This document shows positions 29,236 to 36,738 of a stretch of 64,000 nt of DNA, one piece after another. Every line of letters begins with the position of its first letter. Within the stretch, counting starts at the first letter, position 1. Made by a program: the position numbers and the translations under genes. The stretch is from Bacillota bacterium (GTDB taxonomy: Bacteria > Bacillota_I > Bacilli_A > RFN20 > CAG-826), in NCBI GenBank assembly GCA_023393065.1, contig JAEWMX010000015.1, forward strand, positions 16,221-80,220, given 5' to 3'. The notes below the pieces were generated by a model. That model did not search any database. It saw only the letters and a program-made list of their open reading frames with translations, and was not told the DNA's origin.

Positions 29236-30522
29236 TTATGTTCTTCTTCTCAAGCCTTTCGGATAAAGATTTTTAAGCGTGCCGTCAACGGCGCGGACAA
29301 AACCGACACTTAAGCCTTGGTAGGAAACGATATGATAGCCGGGTGCGGCTCGGCTATCTAGCGTCTCGCCAGCTCGATACTTGCCGAATGATACCTCGTC
29401 TAGCTCGATGCTATTAACATTATTTGAATACGTGGCAAGATGATGGTTGGGTTTTGGATACTTGCCAATTTCATCAAAGCAGCGAACTCCGTAGCGAAGG
29501 ACATTGAGCTTTTTGACATCAAAAGGAATAGATAGCGAATAAAGCGTTTCTTTAATCGCGATATCGTGTCGATTCTCGAGTCCGAAGCGCTTTATGAGAT
29601 CGGCGTGTTGACCGCGATGTGATGGAATAGTTGCGATTCTTTTGATTGCTGTTCCCGGTTTTTTAATGATCGCCACAAAGTGCCCTTCGCCTTCAAAAGA
29701 AGAAGGCAAGAAATAAACCGGACCATCGAGATGGGTGCTTGGATAGAGGCCCTTTTCAACCGATAATGGCGACAAGTAAGCGTCGCTATCAGACAGCAAA
29801 GCAGCGACGACATCCTCATTTTCTTCTTTGCTAAATGAACAAGTCGAGTAGGCCATGACTCCTCCTGGTCTGAGCATCAAATAAGCGAGATGGAGGAGCG
29901 AAACTTGAGTTTTCTGACAGGCGATAACTTTGTTATAAGACCAGTCCTTCATCATTCTTTCATCCTTGCGAAACATGCCTGAGCCGCTGCACGGGGCATC
30001 GAGAATTATCTTATCGAAAGATTCAAGATATGACGAATAAACACTAGAAAAATCATTGTTGGTCACGACGATGTTGCCAAGGCCGAGGCGTTCGACATTG
30101 CTTGATAGAACAAGAGCTCGAGAATGCGATATGTCATTGGCGAGAACTAGTCCCTTTTCGCCGGTGCGAAGGCTGGCCTGCAGCGCCTTGCCGCCGGGAG
30201 CGGCGCACATATCCAGAACTATTTCCCCCGGTTTGATGTCCAGAAAAGAGACGATGCTCATCGCCGAAGGCTCCTGCAGATAGTAAACTCCTAAATCGTG
30301 ATAGAACAACTTGCCAAAATCATATTCTTCGCGATTGTACAAAAAACCGTTATTCACAAATGGATGAGATGTTATGCGAGGAAAACGTGAATTAAATTCA
30401 CGAATGCCGATTTTATTCGTATTGAGCAATAATCCATGAGTTAGCTTCTCATCGAGCGAGGCGAGGATTTTATCAGCCACATCTCGCGGAAAATTCGCGT
30501 AGAGATTCGTTTGAAAATCCAT
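29236..30522 (-). CDS. RsmB/RsmF-family rRNA (cytosine-C5) methyltransferase
   Basis: NOL1/NOP2/Sun motifs: DMCAAPGGK (SAM binding), DAPCSGSGM and YSTCS (catalytic Cys). C-terminal PUA-like extension as in RsmF/YebU. Confidence 0.85.
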   Translation of the reverse strand: MDFQTNLYANFPRDVADKILASLDEKLTHGLLLNTNKIGIREFNSRFPRITSHPFVNNGFLYNREEYDFGKLFYHDLGVYYLQEPSAMSIVSFLDIKPGEIVLDMCAAPGGKALQASLRTGEKGLVLANDISHSRALVLSSNVERLGLGNIVVTNNDFSSVYSSYLESFDKIILDAPCSGSGMFRKDERMMKDWSYNKVIACQKTQVSLLHLAYLMLRPGGVMAYSTCSFSKEENEDVVAALLSDSDAYLSPLSVEKGLYPSTHLDGPVYFLPSSFEGEGHFVAIIKKPGTAIKRIATIPSHRGQHADLIKRFGLENRHDIAIKETLYSLSIPFDVKKLNVLRYGVRCFDEIGKYPKPNHHLATYSNNVNSIELDEVSFGKYRAGETLDSRAAPGYHIVSYQGLSVGFVRAVDGTLKNLYPKGLRRRT

Positions 30523-30605
30523 GGTTTTAGTTTAACAAAGGCACCAGTAAAAAGATATTAAAACATATCTTTAACATGTTATACTAAATAGCGAGGTAAA
30601 TACTT

Positions 30606-31907
30606 ATGAGAATGGTCGACATCATCGTTAAAAAAAGAGATGGCAAAATTTTGACGAAAGAAGAAATTTCTTTTTTTGTTAAGGGTTATGTCAATGGCTC
30701 GATACCCGATTATCAAGTGAGCGCGCTGGCGATGGCCATCGTCTTTCGCGGCATGAGCAAAGAAGAAATCACGGTTTTAACCGAACTGATGATGCACAGC
30801 GGTGATATTATCGATCTCAGCTCGATCAAAGGCGTTAAAGCCGATAAGCACTCGACGGGCGGAGTCGGAGATAAGACGAGCTTGGTCCTTGGACCGATGG
30901 TCGCGGCTTGCGGCGTCAAGGTCGCAAAGATGAGCGGCCGCGGACTCGGCCATACCGGAGGCACTCTCGACAAGATGGAAGCTATTCCCGGAATGAAAAT
31001 CGCCATTCCTGAAGCGCAATTCATGCGCCAAGTCAACGAAGTTGGCTTAGCCATCGTCGGACAGACCGGACATTTGGTACCGGCCGACAAAAAATTATAT
31101 TCTCTCCGCGATGTGACGGGAACTGTCGAATCGATTCCTCTGATCGCCTCCTCGGTCATGTCGAAGAAACTCGCTAGCGGCAGCGACACGATTTTGCTCG
31201 ATGTCAAGTTCGGTAGCGGCGCCTTTATGAAAGATTTAGCGAGTGCTCGCGAGCTAGCGAGGACGATGGTCGATATCGGCGATGGTCTAAACCGCGATAC
31301 CAGAGCTATCCTCACCGATATGGAACAGCCCTTAGGACTTGCTGTCGGCAACGCTTTAGAAGTCAAAGAAGCAATTGCGACTCTGCACGGCAAAGGACCT
31401 CGTGATCTGATTGAATTGTGCCTTGAAGCCGGTTCGATCATGCTCGAGCAAGCCAAAGTCGTCGACGATCTCAAGAAAGGTCGAAAACTTCTTGAAAAAG
31501 CCATCACTGACGGCTCGGCTTTTAATAAATTAAAAGAGATGGTCAAAGCTCAAGGCGGTGATGTCTCTTATATCGACAACCCCGAGAAGTTCCCGCTTTC
31601 CAAATATGTCGTCGAAATTCGCTCGGAAGACGAAGGCTATGTCAAACGGATCGAAGCCCTCGAAATCGGCGAATCAGCCATGCGCTTAGGAGCCGGTCGC
31701 GAGACTTATGATGATGTCATCGACATGTCCGCCGGTATCGTTCTGGCGAAGAAAGTCGGCGACTTCGTTAAAGTAGGCGATATCTTGTGCGTCGTCCATA
31801 CCAACAAAGACGATTTCGCGGCGATCTTAGAAGATATTCGCCATTCCTTCATATTATCAAAAGAAAAATTAAGCCCTCTTCCCATCGTTCACGATTACAT
31901 TCGATAA
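30606..31907 (+). CDS. pdp: pyrimidine-nucleoside phosphorylase
   Basis: 433 aa. MRMVDIIVKKRDG, KHSTGGVGDKTS, SGRGLGHTGGTLDK motifs. Confidence 0.93.
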   Translation: MRMVDIIVKKRDGKILTKEEISFFVKGYVNGSIPDYQVSALAMAIVFRGMSKEEITVLTELMMHSGDIIDLSSIKGVKADKHSTGGVGDKTSLVLGPMVAACGVKVAKMSGRGLGHTGGTLDKMEAIPGMKIAIPEAQFMRQVNEVGLAIVGQTGHLVPADKKLYSLRDVTGTVESIPLIASSVMSKKLASGSDTILLDVKFGSGAFMKDLASARELARTMVDIGDGLNRDTRAILTDMEQPLGLAVGNALEVKEAIATLHGKGPRDLIELCLEAGSIMLEQAKVVDDLKKGRKLLEKAITDGSAFNKLKEMVKAQGGDVSYIDNPEKFPLSKYVVEIRSEDEGYVKRIEALEIGESAMRLGAGRETYDDVIDMSAGIVLAKKVGDFVKVGDILCVVHTNKDDFAAILEDIRHSFILSKEKLSPLPIVHDYIR

Positions 31908-31913
31908 ACTTTT

Positions 31914-32363
31914 ATGCGCATCGTCTTACAAAACGTCTTAGAAAGCCACCTTTCGATTGCTAATCGCCTCTTTTGTTCAATCAATAAAGGCTATGTCCTG
32001 CTCGTCGGTTTTACGGAGGGCGATGACGAGGAGCTCGCTAGCAAGATGGCTGAACGCCTAATCAAGATGCGCGTCTTTCAAGACGAGCTCGGTAAGACCA
32101 ATCTTTCGATCGTCGACATCGAAGGTTCGATCTTAGCGGTCCCTCAATTCACTTTATACGCCGATTTAAGCGGTGGTCGGCGGCCTTCTTTTACGAAGGC
32201 TCTCGCCCCGCAAGAAGCGAGTCGTCTCTTCGATTTTTTTGTCAATTCTTTAAAAGATCTATATCCGGATGTCTGCCAAGGTGTTTTCGGGGCCGACATG
32301 CAAGTCAATTTGACTAATGACGGACCTTTTACTCTGATTCTCGACTCAAAGGATTTGTTTTAG
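31914..32363 (+). CDS. dtd: D-aminoacyl-tRNA deacylase
   Basis: 149 aa. MRIVLQNV..., SQFTLYADL.GRRPSF and NDGPFT(L) motifs. Confidence 0.92.
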   Translation: MRIVLQNVLESHLSIANRLFCSINKGYVLLVGFTEGDDEELASKMAERLIKMRVFQDELGKTNLSIVDIEGSILAVPQFTLYADLSGGRRPSFTKALAPQEASRLFDFFVNSLKDLYPDVCQGVFGADMQVNLTNDGPFTLILDSKDLF

Positions 32364-33503
32364 ATGGCAAAAACGCGGGTTATGCTCGGTCTTTCCGGCG
32401 GTGTCGACTCGGCGGTGGCAGCTTATTTGCTCAAAGAGCAAGGCTACGAAGTCATCGCTTGTTTTATGCGCAACTGGGATGCGATGGCCAACAACGATTT
32501 TCTCGGCAATCCGACCGCAGGCGACGCGCAGTGCCCGCAAGAGAAGGATTACGATGATGCCCTCAGCGTCGCTAAAGCGCTTGATATTCCTCTCCTTCGC
32601 ATCGACTTTGTCAAAGAGTATTGGAACGATGTCTTTACCTACTTTTTAAAAGAATACGAAGCCGGGCGGACTCCCAATCCCGATGTCTTCTGCAACAAAT
32701 TCATTAAATTTTCGGCTTTCTATCAGTTTGCCGTGCAAAATGATTGCTCGCTCATCGCCATGGGCCACTACGCCAAACGCGTGGAGATAGACGGACATTT
32801 CTATCTCGCCAAAGCCAAGGATCTAAATAAAGATCAGACCTACTTTCTTTCACAGCTTAGCGAAGACCAGATCAAAGCCTGCCTTTTCCCTTTGGGCGCA
32901 TTGACCAAAGAAGAAGTGAGAGATATCGCCAAGAAGTTAAATTTAGGAGTCGCCACCAAAAAGGATTCGACCGGCATCTGCTTTATCGGCGAACGCCATT
33001 TTAAAGAGTTCTTACATAACTATCTTCCCGCCCAGCAAGGCGATATCGTTGATATATCAACGGGGCAAAAATTTGGTACGCATTCCGGAGCGATGTACTA
33101 CACGATCGGCCAACATCGCGGACTCGGTATCGGCGGTATCGCCCACCAGGAAGCCGAAGGTTGGTTCGTCGTCCGAAAAGACGTCTCAAAAAACATCGTC
33201 TACGTCGCGAGCGGAAGTGAAAACGCGGCTCTTTTTTCCGATTATTGCCTCGTCACTAACCTCAATGTGTATGAGGGCTATGATTTAGATAAGAAACATT
33301 TGAAGGCGAAATTCCGCTATCGTTCCGTTGATGTTGATGTCGATCTCGAAAAAATTGACAAAGATACATTAAAAGTAACATATAGAAATAAACAAAAAGC
33401 CATCGCGACAGGCCAAGCGGCTGTCTTCTACGATGGCTCTTTAATGGTCGGCGGCGGTTTGATAAGCGAAGTCTATCGCGACAACAAACGCATCGATAAA
33501 TAA
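32364..33503 (+). CDS. mnmA: tRNA 2-thiouridine(34) synthase MnmA
   Basis: PP-loop LSGGVDSAV, catalytic Cys regions (NPDVFCNKFIKF; DSTGICFIGE). Confidence 0.95.
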   Translation: MAKTRVMLGLSGGVDSAVAAYLLKEQGYEVIACFMRNWDAMANNDFLGNPTAGDAQCPQEKDYDDALSVAKALDIPLLRIDFVKEYWNDVFTYFLKEYEAGRTPNPDVFCNKFIKFSAFYQFAVQNDCSLIAMGHYAKRVEIDGHFYLAKAKDLNKDQTYFLSQLSEDQIKACLFPLGALTKEEVRDIAKKLNLGVATKKDSTGICFIGERHFKEFLHNYLPAQQGDIVDISTGQKFGTHSGAMYYTIGQHRGLGIGGIAHQEAEGWFVVRKDVSKNIVYVASGSENAALFSDYCLVTNLNVYEGYDLDKKHLKAKFRYRSVDVDVDLEKIDKDTLKVTYRNKQKAIATGQAAVFYDGSLMVGGGLISEVYRDNKRIDK

Positions 33504-33504
33504 A

Positions 33505-34305
33505 TTATTTATTTAAAATCATGGTATCCGGCAGGACATCGCCAGTTTTTTCGCTGAATTTCTTGATTAGTTCTTCGACGGTCAACTGCTCTTTTTCCTT
33601 ATCGCGGCAATCGAAGATAATCTTGCCATCCGCCATCATGATCAAGCGGTTGCCATAGCGGATCGCATCGCGCATGTTGTGCGTGACCATGATAGTCGTC
33701 AGATGAGCTTTTCTAACGATATCATCAGTGATGCGCATGACGATTTTGGCTGTTTCCGGATCGAGGGCGGCGGTGTGCTCGTCGAGGAGGAGGAGGCGCG
33801 GATGATTCATCGTCGCCATCGTTAAAGTGATTGATTGACGCTGGCCGCCGGAAAGATTTTTCATCCGTTCGGACAGTCGCGTTTCGAGACCTAGACCTAG
33901 GGGGGCCAAGAGTTCTTCAAAATGCTTTTTCTGCTTTTTTTGTAGGCCCCACGCTAGACCGGTTGGCTGACCGCGGTGGTTGGCTAAAAACATATTTTCT
34001 TCAACCATCATATCGCCGATTGTGCCAATCATCGGGTCTTGAAAAACGCGACCGATAAAGCGCGAGCGAACATGGTTTTTCAAAGTGACGATATTTTGTC
34101 CATCGAGGATAATTTGTCCTTCGTCTGGTTCATAGGAACCAGCAATGAGATTTAATAATGTCGATTTACCCGAACCGTTCGAACCGATAATCGTGATGAA
34201 ATCACCATCCTCGATTCTCAGATTTAAATGGTCGATGGCGTGCTTCTTATTGCTTTCCTGCCCGTCGAGGATGAAGGTCTTGTCAAGGTTGATGATGTCA
34301 AGCAT
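33505..34305 (-). CDS. ABC importer ATP-binding protein (putative Trp/Tyr transport system family)
   Basis: Walker A GSNGSGKST, signature LSGGQRQ, Walker B LLLLDEHTAALD. Last gene of the SBP-permease-ATPase operon. Confidence 0.9.
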   Translation of the reverse strand: MLDIINLDKTFILDGQESNKKHAIDHLNLRIEDGDFITIIGSNGSGKSTLLNLIAGSYEPDEGQIILDGQNIVTLKNHVRSRFIGRVFQDPMIGTIGDMMVEENMFLANHRGQPTGLAWGLQKKQKKHFEELLAPLGLGLETRLSERMKNLSGGQRQSITLTMATMNHPRLLLLDEHTAALDPETAKIVMRITDDIVRKAHLTTIMVTHNMRDAIRYGNRLIMMADGKIIFDCRDKEKEQLTVEELIKKFSEKTGDVLPDTMILNK

Positions 34306-35254
34306 TGGCCTTCCTCCGCGCTTTAATTTTCTTTTTCATATTCGCATAGTTCTTTTTAAATAGAGGTATGCACAAAATGAGGATGAATAGAATGGCCTGA
34401 ATGAGCTTTAAATAGCCATTGTCGTTTAACAGGCGCATCGCTAGATTAATGACTAGTTGATAGGCGAATGAGCCGACGAAGACACCGAGTAAAGAAACGG
34501 CGAAGTTCGTTTTTTTAAAGAGCATGATGGCTTCGCCGAGAAGAATACTCGCCAAAGCTATGACGATTGTCCCTTGCCCAAATGTTGAATTCGAGGTGAG
34601 CATGAATTGCGAGAAGAGTGAGCCGCTCATGGCCACGATGGAGTTGCTGATCACAAGACCGAGAATGACGCGGCTATCAGTGTTGATGCCTTGCGCGCGA
34701 CTCATAATCTTATTTTTACCGGTGGCCCTGATCGTAATGCCCAGCTTGGTTCCAAAAAACCAATAGAGGACGGCGATGACGACTCCGATGACGATGATGC
34801 TGGCGACGATATAGCCCCATTCGCCAATGAGACTGCGAAAGAAGGAGAAGATCGTCGTCATGTTCAAGACGGTCACCGAACCGACAAAATCACCGGGGCG
34901 GCTATAGCTTTGCAATGAATTCGTAATGCCGTTAAGCAGTTGGGCAAGCGGCACGCACATCACCATCGTGATAATCCCGGCCAGAAGCGAAGGAATCTTG
35001 AGTTTGGTGTGTAATACACCAGTTAATAAACCCATGACTCCTCCGACTAAAAAGGCGATAAAGACGGCGATGACCGGCGGGACTTTTAAGACGATCATCA
35101 AAACGGTGATCGCTCCGCCGAGGGGAAAGACGCCTTCGGCACCCAAATCGGCGATATCTAAAACGCGATAGGCGATGTAGACACCGATGCCTAATAAGGC
35201 ATAGATGAGACCTAAATTCAGCGAGTTAGTTAAGATGTTGTAAAAGATAATCAT
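34298..35254 (-). CDS. ABC importer permease (same system)
   Basis: 318 aa, about 8-9 TM helices. 8-nt overlap with the ATPase gene and 9 nt after the SBP gene. Confidence 0.85.
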   Translation of the reverse strand: MIIFYNILTNSLNLGLIYALLGIGVYIAYRVLDIADLGAEGVFPLGGAITVLMIVLKVPPVIAVFIAFLVGGVMGLLTGVLHTKLKIPSLLAGIITMVMCVPLAQLLNGITNSLQSYSRPGDFVGSVTVLNMTTIFSFFRSLIGEWGYIVASIIVIGVVIAVLYWFFGTKLGITIRATGKNKIMSRAQGINTDSRVILGLVISNSIVAMSGSLFSQFMLTSNSTFGQGTIVIALASILLGEAIMLFKKTNFAVSLLGVFVGSFAYQLVINLAMRLLNDNGYLKLIQAILFILILCIPLFKKNYANMKKKIKARRKANA

Positions 35255-35262
35255 TTTTCCTA

Positions 35263-36231
35263 TTAATTATCGATGATTTCGTCAGCTTCCTCAAGTAGTT
35301 CTGTCGGGAAAGTTAGACCGATTCCTTCAGCGTTATCGACGTGGAGGATAAGCGGCATATCTTCGACGCGGCGAACCGGCAATTCAGCGATGCTTTTTCC
35401 GCCGAGAAACTCAACGGCCATTTCACCGGTGATGCGGCCAAGATCGAAGTAATTGATGCTAAGGGTTGCGACGGCTCCTAATTCGAGGCAAGCTTCTTCG
35501 CCAGCGATAATCGGAATGTCAGCGGCATCGGCCTTTTCTTTGACCGTCGAGTAGGCACTCACTAAAGTGGAGTCGGTCGGAGTGTATAGTCCTTCGATGC
35601 CAGCTTCGATGAGCGTGTCCATCGCCGCGGCGACTTGGTTCGTCTCGGTAAAAGTTTCAAAGACGAAATCGAGACCGAATTCGGTAGCGGCCGCAGCTGC
35701 AAGATCTTTCTGAACGACGGAGTTGGTTTCGGTCGAGCAGTAGATCATGCCAATTTTTTCAATGCCGAGACCTAATTTCGTGAATAGTTCGACTTGTTCG
35801 CGGACCGGATTCATGTCGCTGGTGCCGGTAATGTTGTTATCCGGGGCGTCATCATCGCTCATCAAACCCGAGAAGACGGGATCGGTGACGGCGGTGAAAA
35901 AGATCGGCACATCATTTCCTTTGATAGCACGAGCGGATAAAAGGCCGCTGGCGGCCGGAGTGGCGATACCTAAGACGAGATCGCTTTCACCGATGAGAGT
36001 GAGTGAAGAAGAGGCGACGAGGCTGCCATCCGCATTGGCATCCTTGACATTCAACTTATAGTTGATTCCGGCATCGTCGAGAGCTTTGACAAACCCTGAT
36101 TGAGCGTCATTGAGGGGGGCGATGTTGACGAATTTGAGAATTCCGATTTGCACGACATCGCTTTTACAAGCGGTGACGGCGATCATCGAAGTGGCCGCGA
36201 GGGCGGCGAGTAGTAGGCGTTTGACTTTCAT
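35263..36231 (-). CDS. ABC importer substrate-binding lipoprotein (ABC_sub_bind/PF04392-like)
   Basis: Lipobox AVTAC. Family-typical blocks IGILKFVNIAPLNDAQSGFVKAL, DLVLGIATPAA, PIFFTAVTDPV, NITGTSD, IGMIYCSTETNS, GLYTPTDSTLVSA, ATLSINYFDLGRITGEMA. RBS AAAGGAG. Confidence 0.88.
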   Translation of the reverse strand: MKVKRLLLAALAATSMIAVTACKSDVVQIGILKFVNIAPLNDAQSGFVKALDDAGINYKLNVKDANADGSLVASSSLTLIGESDLVLGIATPAASGLLSARAIKGNDVPIFFTAVTDPVFSGLMSDDDAPDNNITGTSDMNPVREQVELFTKLGLGIEKIGMIYCSTETNSVVQKDLAAAAATEFGLDFVFETFTETNQVAAAMDTLIEAGIEGLYTPTDSTLVSAYSTVKEKADAADIPIIAGEEACLELGAVATLSINYFDLGRITGEMAVEFLGGKSIAELPVRRVEDMPLILHVDNAEGIGLTFPTELLEEADEIIDN

Positions 36232-36247
36232 TTTGTTCTCCTTTATG

Positions 36248-36278
36248 AAATAAAACTCAGGTGGTGGTCACCTGAGTT
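36248..36278 (-). terminator. intrinsic terminator inside the 5' leader of the ABC importer operon
   Basis: Minus strand: AACUCAGGUG (36278-36269) / CACCUGAGUU (36263-36254), 10 bp, loop ACCAC, followed by UUAUUU. Ends just upstream of the SBP RBS (36244-36238). Confidence 0.7.
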
Positions 36279-36368
36279 CATGAAGGTAATGACTTTGCCA
36301 GGTGTCCGCGATCGCTCGTCTTCCACCTGCTATTATCACTGATAATACTTAACGGGATTGGAAAACGA
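36254..36368 (-). promoter_or_regulatory. alternative-helix attenuator switch (P1/P2/P3/P4)
   Basis: P1: 36368-36359 with 36325-36316 (10 bp). P2: 36329-36324 with 36304-36299. P3: 36304-36298 with 36275-36269. P4 is the terminator. Adjacent helices share nucleotides and are mutually exclusive. CAGGUG and CACCUG each occur twice in alternating order. Confidence 0.55.
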
Positions 36369-36441
36369 TTCCTAAGTAATAATAGTAATAATAGGAAAAA
36401 TAGGACTTCTGGAGCGTTAAATTGTGATTTGCGGTTTTCAT
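36349..36441 (-). CDS. candidate Tyr-rich leader peptide (30 aa: MKTANHNLTLQKSYFSYYYYYYLGIVFQSR)
   Basis: Minus-strand ATG 36441-36439 to TAA 36351-36349. Six consecutive Tyr codons TAT TAT TAC TAT TAT TAC (36393-36376). Lies between a TATAAT box and the leader terminator. SD weak and distant (GGGA, 15 nt upstream). Confidence 0.55.
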   Translation of the reverse strand: MKTANHNLTLQKSYFSYYYYYYLGIVFQSR

Positions 36442-36474
36442 AATTGTGACAACAGGTCCCTTTTTATGAATTGA

Positions 36475-36503
36475 ATTATATCGGGATTCCCTTATTAAGA
36501 AAA
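36475..36503 (-). promoter_or_regulatory. candidate promoter of the ABC importer leader
   Basis: Minus strand: TATAAT (36480-36475) with a weak -35 TTTTCT (36503-36498), 17-nt spacer. Confidence 0.35.
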
Positions 36504-36535
36504 GAGAAAACGCAAATATTTTTCGTCTAAATCAT

Positions 36536-36563
36536 TTGAAGTGTTGCTTAAATATGGTATATT
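36536..36563 (+). promoter_or_regulatory. candidate sigma-A promoter of the alaS T-box leader
   Basis: TTGAAG (36536-36541), 16-nt spacer, extended -10 TGgTATATT (36555-36563). Confidence 0.6.
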
Positions 36564-36569
36564 TACTAC

Positions 36570-36721
36570 ATTCAATAGAGGAACTAAGCTTAGCAGCGTG
36601 CCACTCCTCTGAAGCGGCTAATCCCCGCCGTCGGCTGCGTTAAAGCCCAATTGAGTGCATTATCAGTAATGAATAAGGATGGTACCGCGAGTTAATCGTT
36701 CCTTAGGGACGATTTTTATTT
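36570..36721 (+). promoter_or_regulatory. T-box leader (Ala) upstream of alaS
   Basis: T-box sequence AAGGAUGGUACCGCGAG (36675-36692; one mismatch to GGGUGGUACCGCG). Terminator AAUCGUUCC-UUA-GGGACGAUU plus UUUAUUU (36694-36721). Adjacent Ala codons GCG GCU after GAA at 36614-36619 are the candidate specifier. Confidence 0.85.
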
Positions 36722-36738
36722 GGCAAGAGGAACAGACC

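Noticed and set aside
30713-31546. 277-aa ORF antisense to pdp.
   Set aside because: Ser/Pro/Ala/Thr-rich low-complexity translation, fully embedded in the strongly supported pyrimidine-nucleoside phosphorylase gene. It is a shadow ORF.
36376-36393. Tandem direct repeat TATTATTAC x2 (plus-strand GTAATAATA x2), first noticed as an AT-rich microsatellite-like repeat.
   Set aside because: It is not an independent repeat feature. It is in frame within a 30-codon ORF and encodes six consecutive tyrosines (see the attenuator finding).
36232-36535. T-box or known riboswitch upstream of the ABC importer (this transporter family is often T-box regulated).
   Set aside because: The minus-strand leader has no GGUGGUACCGCG-type T-box sequence. 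The closest match is CAGGUGGAAGACGAGCG, which fits poorly. I also recognised no aptamer consensus (purine, preQ1, ZTP, guanidine). The leader-peptide attenuator model explains the terminator and the alternating CAGGUG/CACCUG elements better. A cmscan is still needed.
36679-36738. Track start for alaS at 36679 (MVPRVNRSLGTIFIWQEEQT extension).
   Set aside because: The extension would be translated from the T-box sequence and its terminator. ATG 36739 has an RBS and gives the canonical AlaRS N-terminus (MKTMTGNEIRKTWISFFE).
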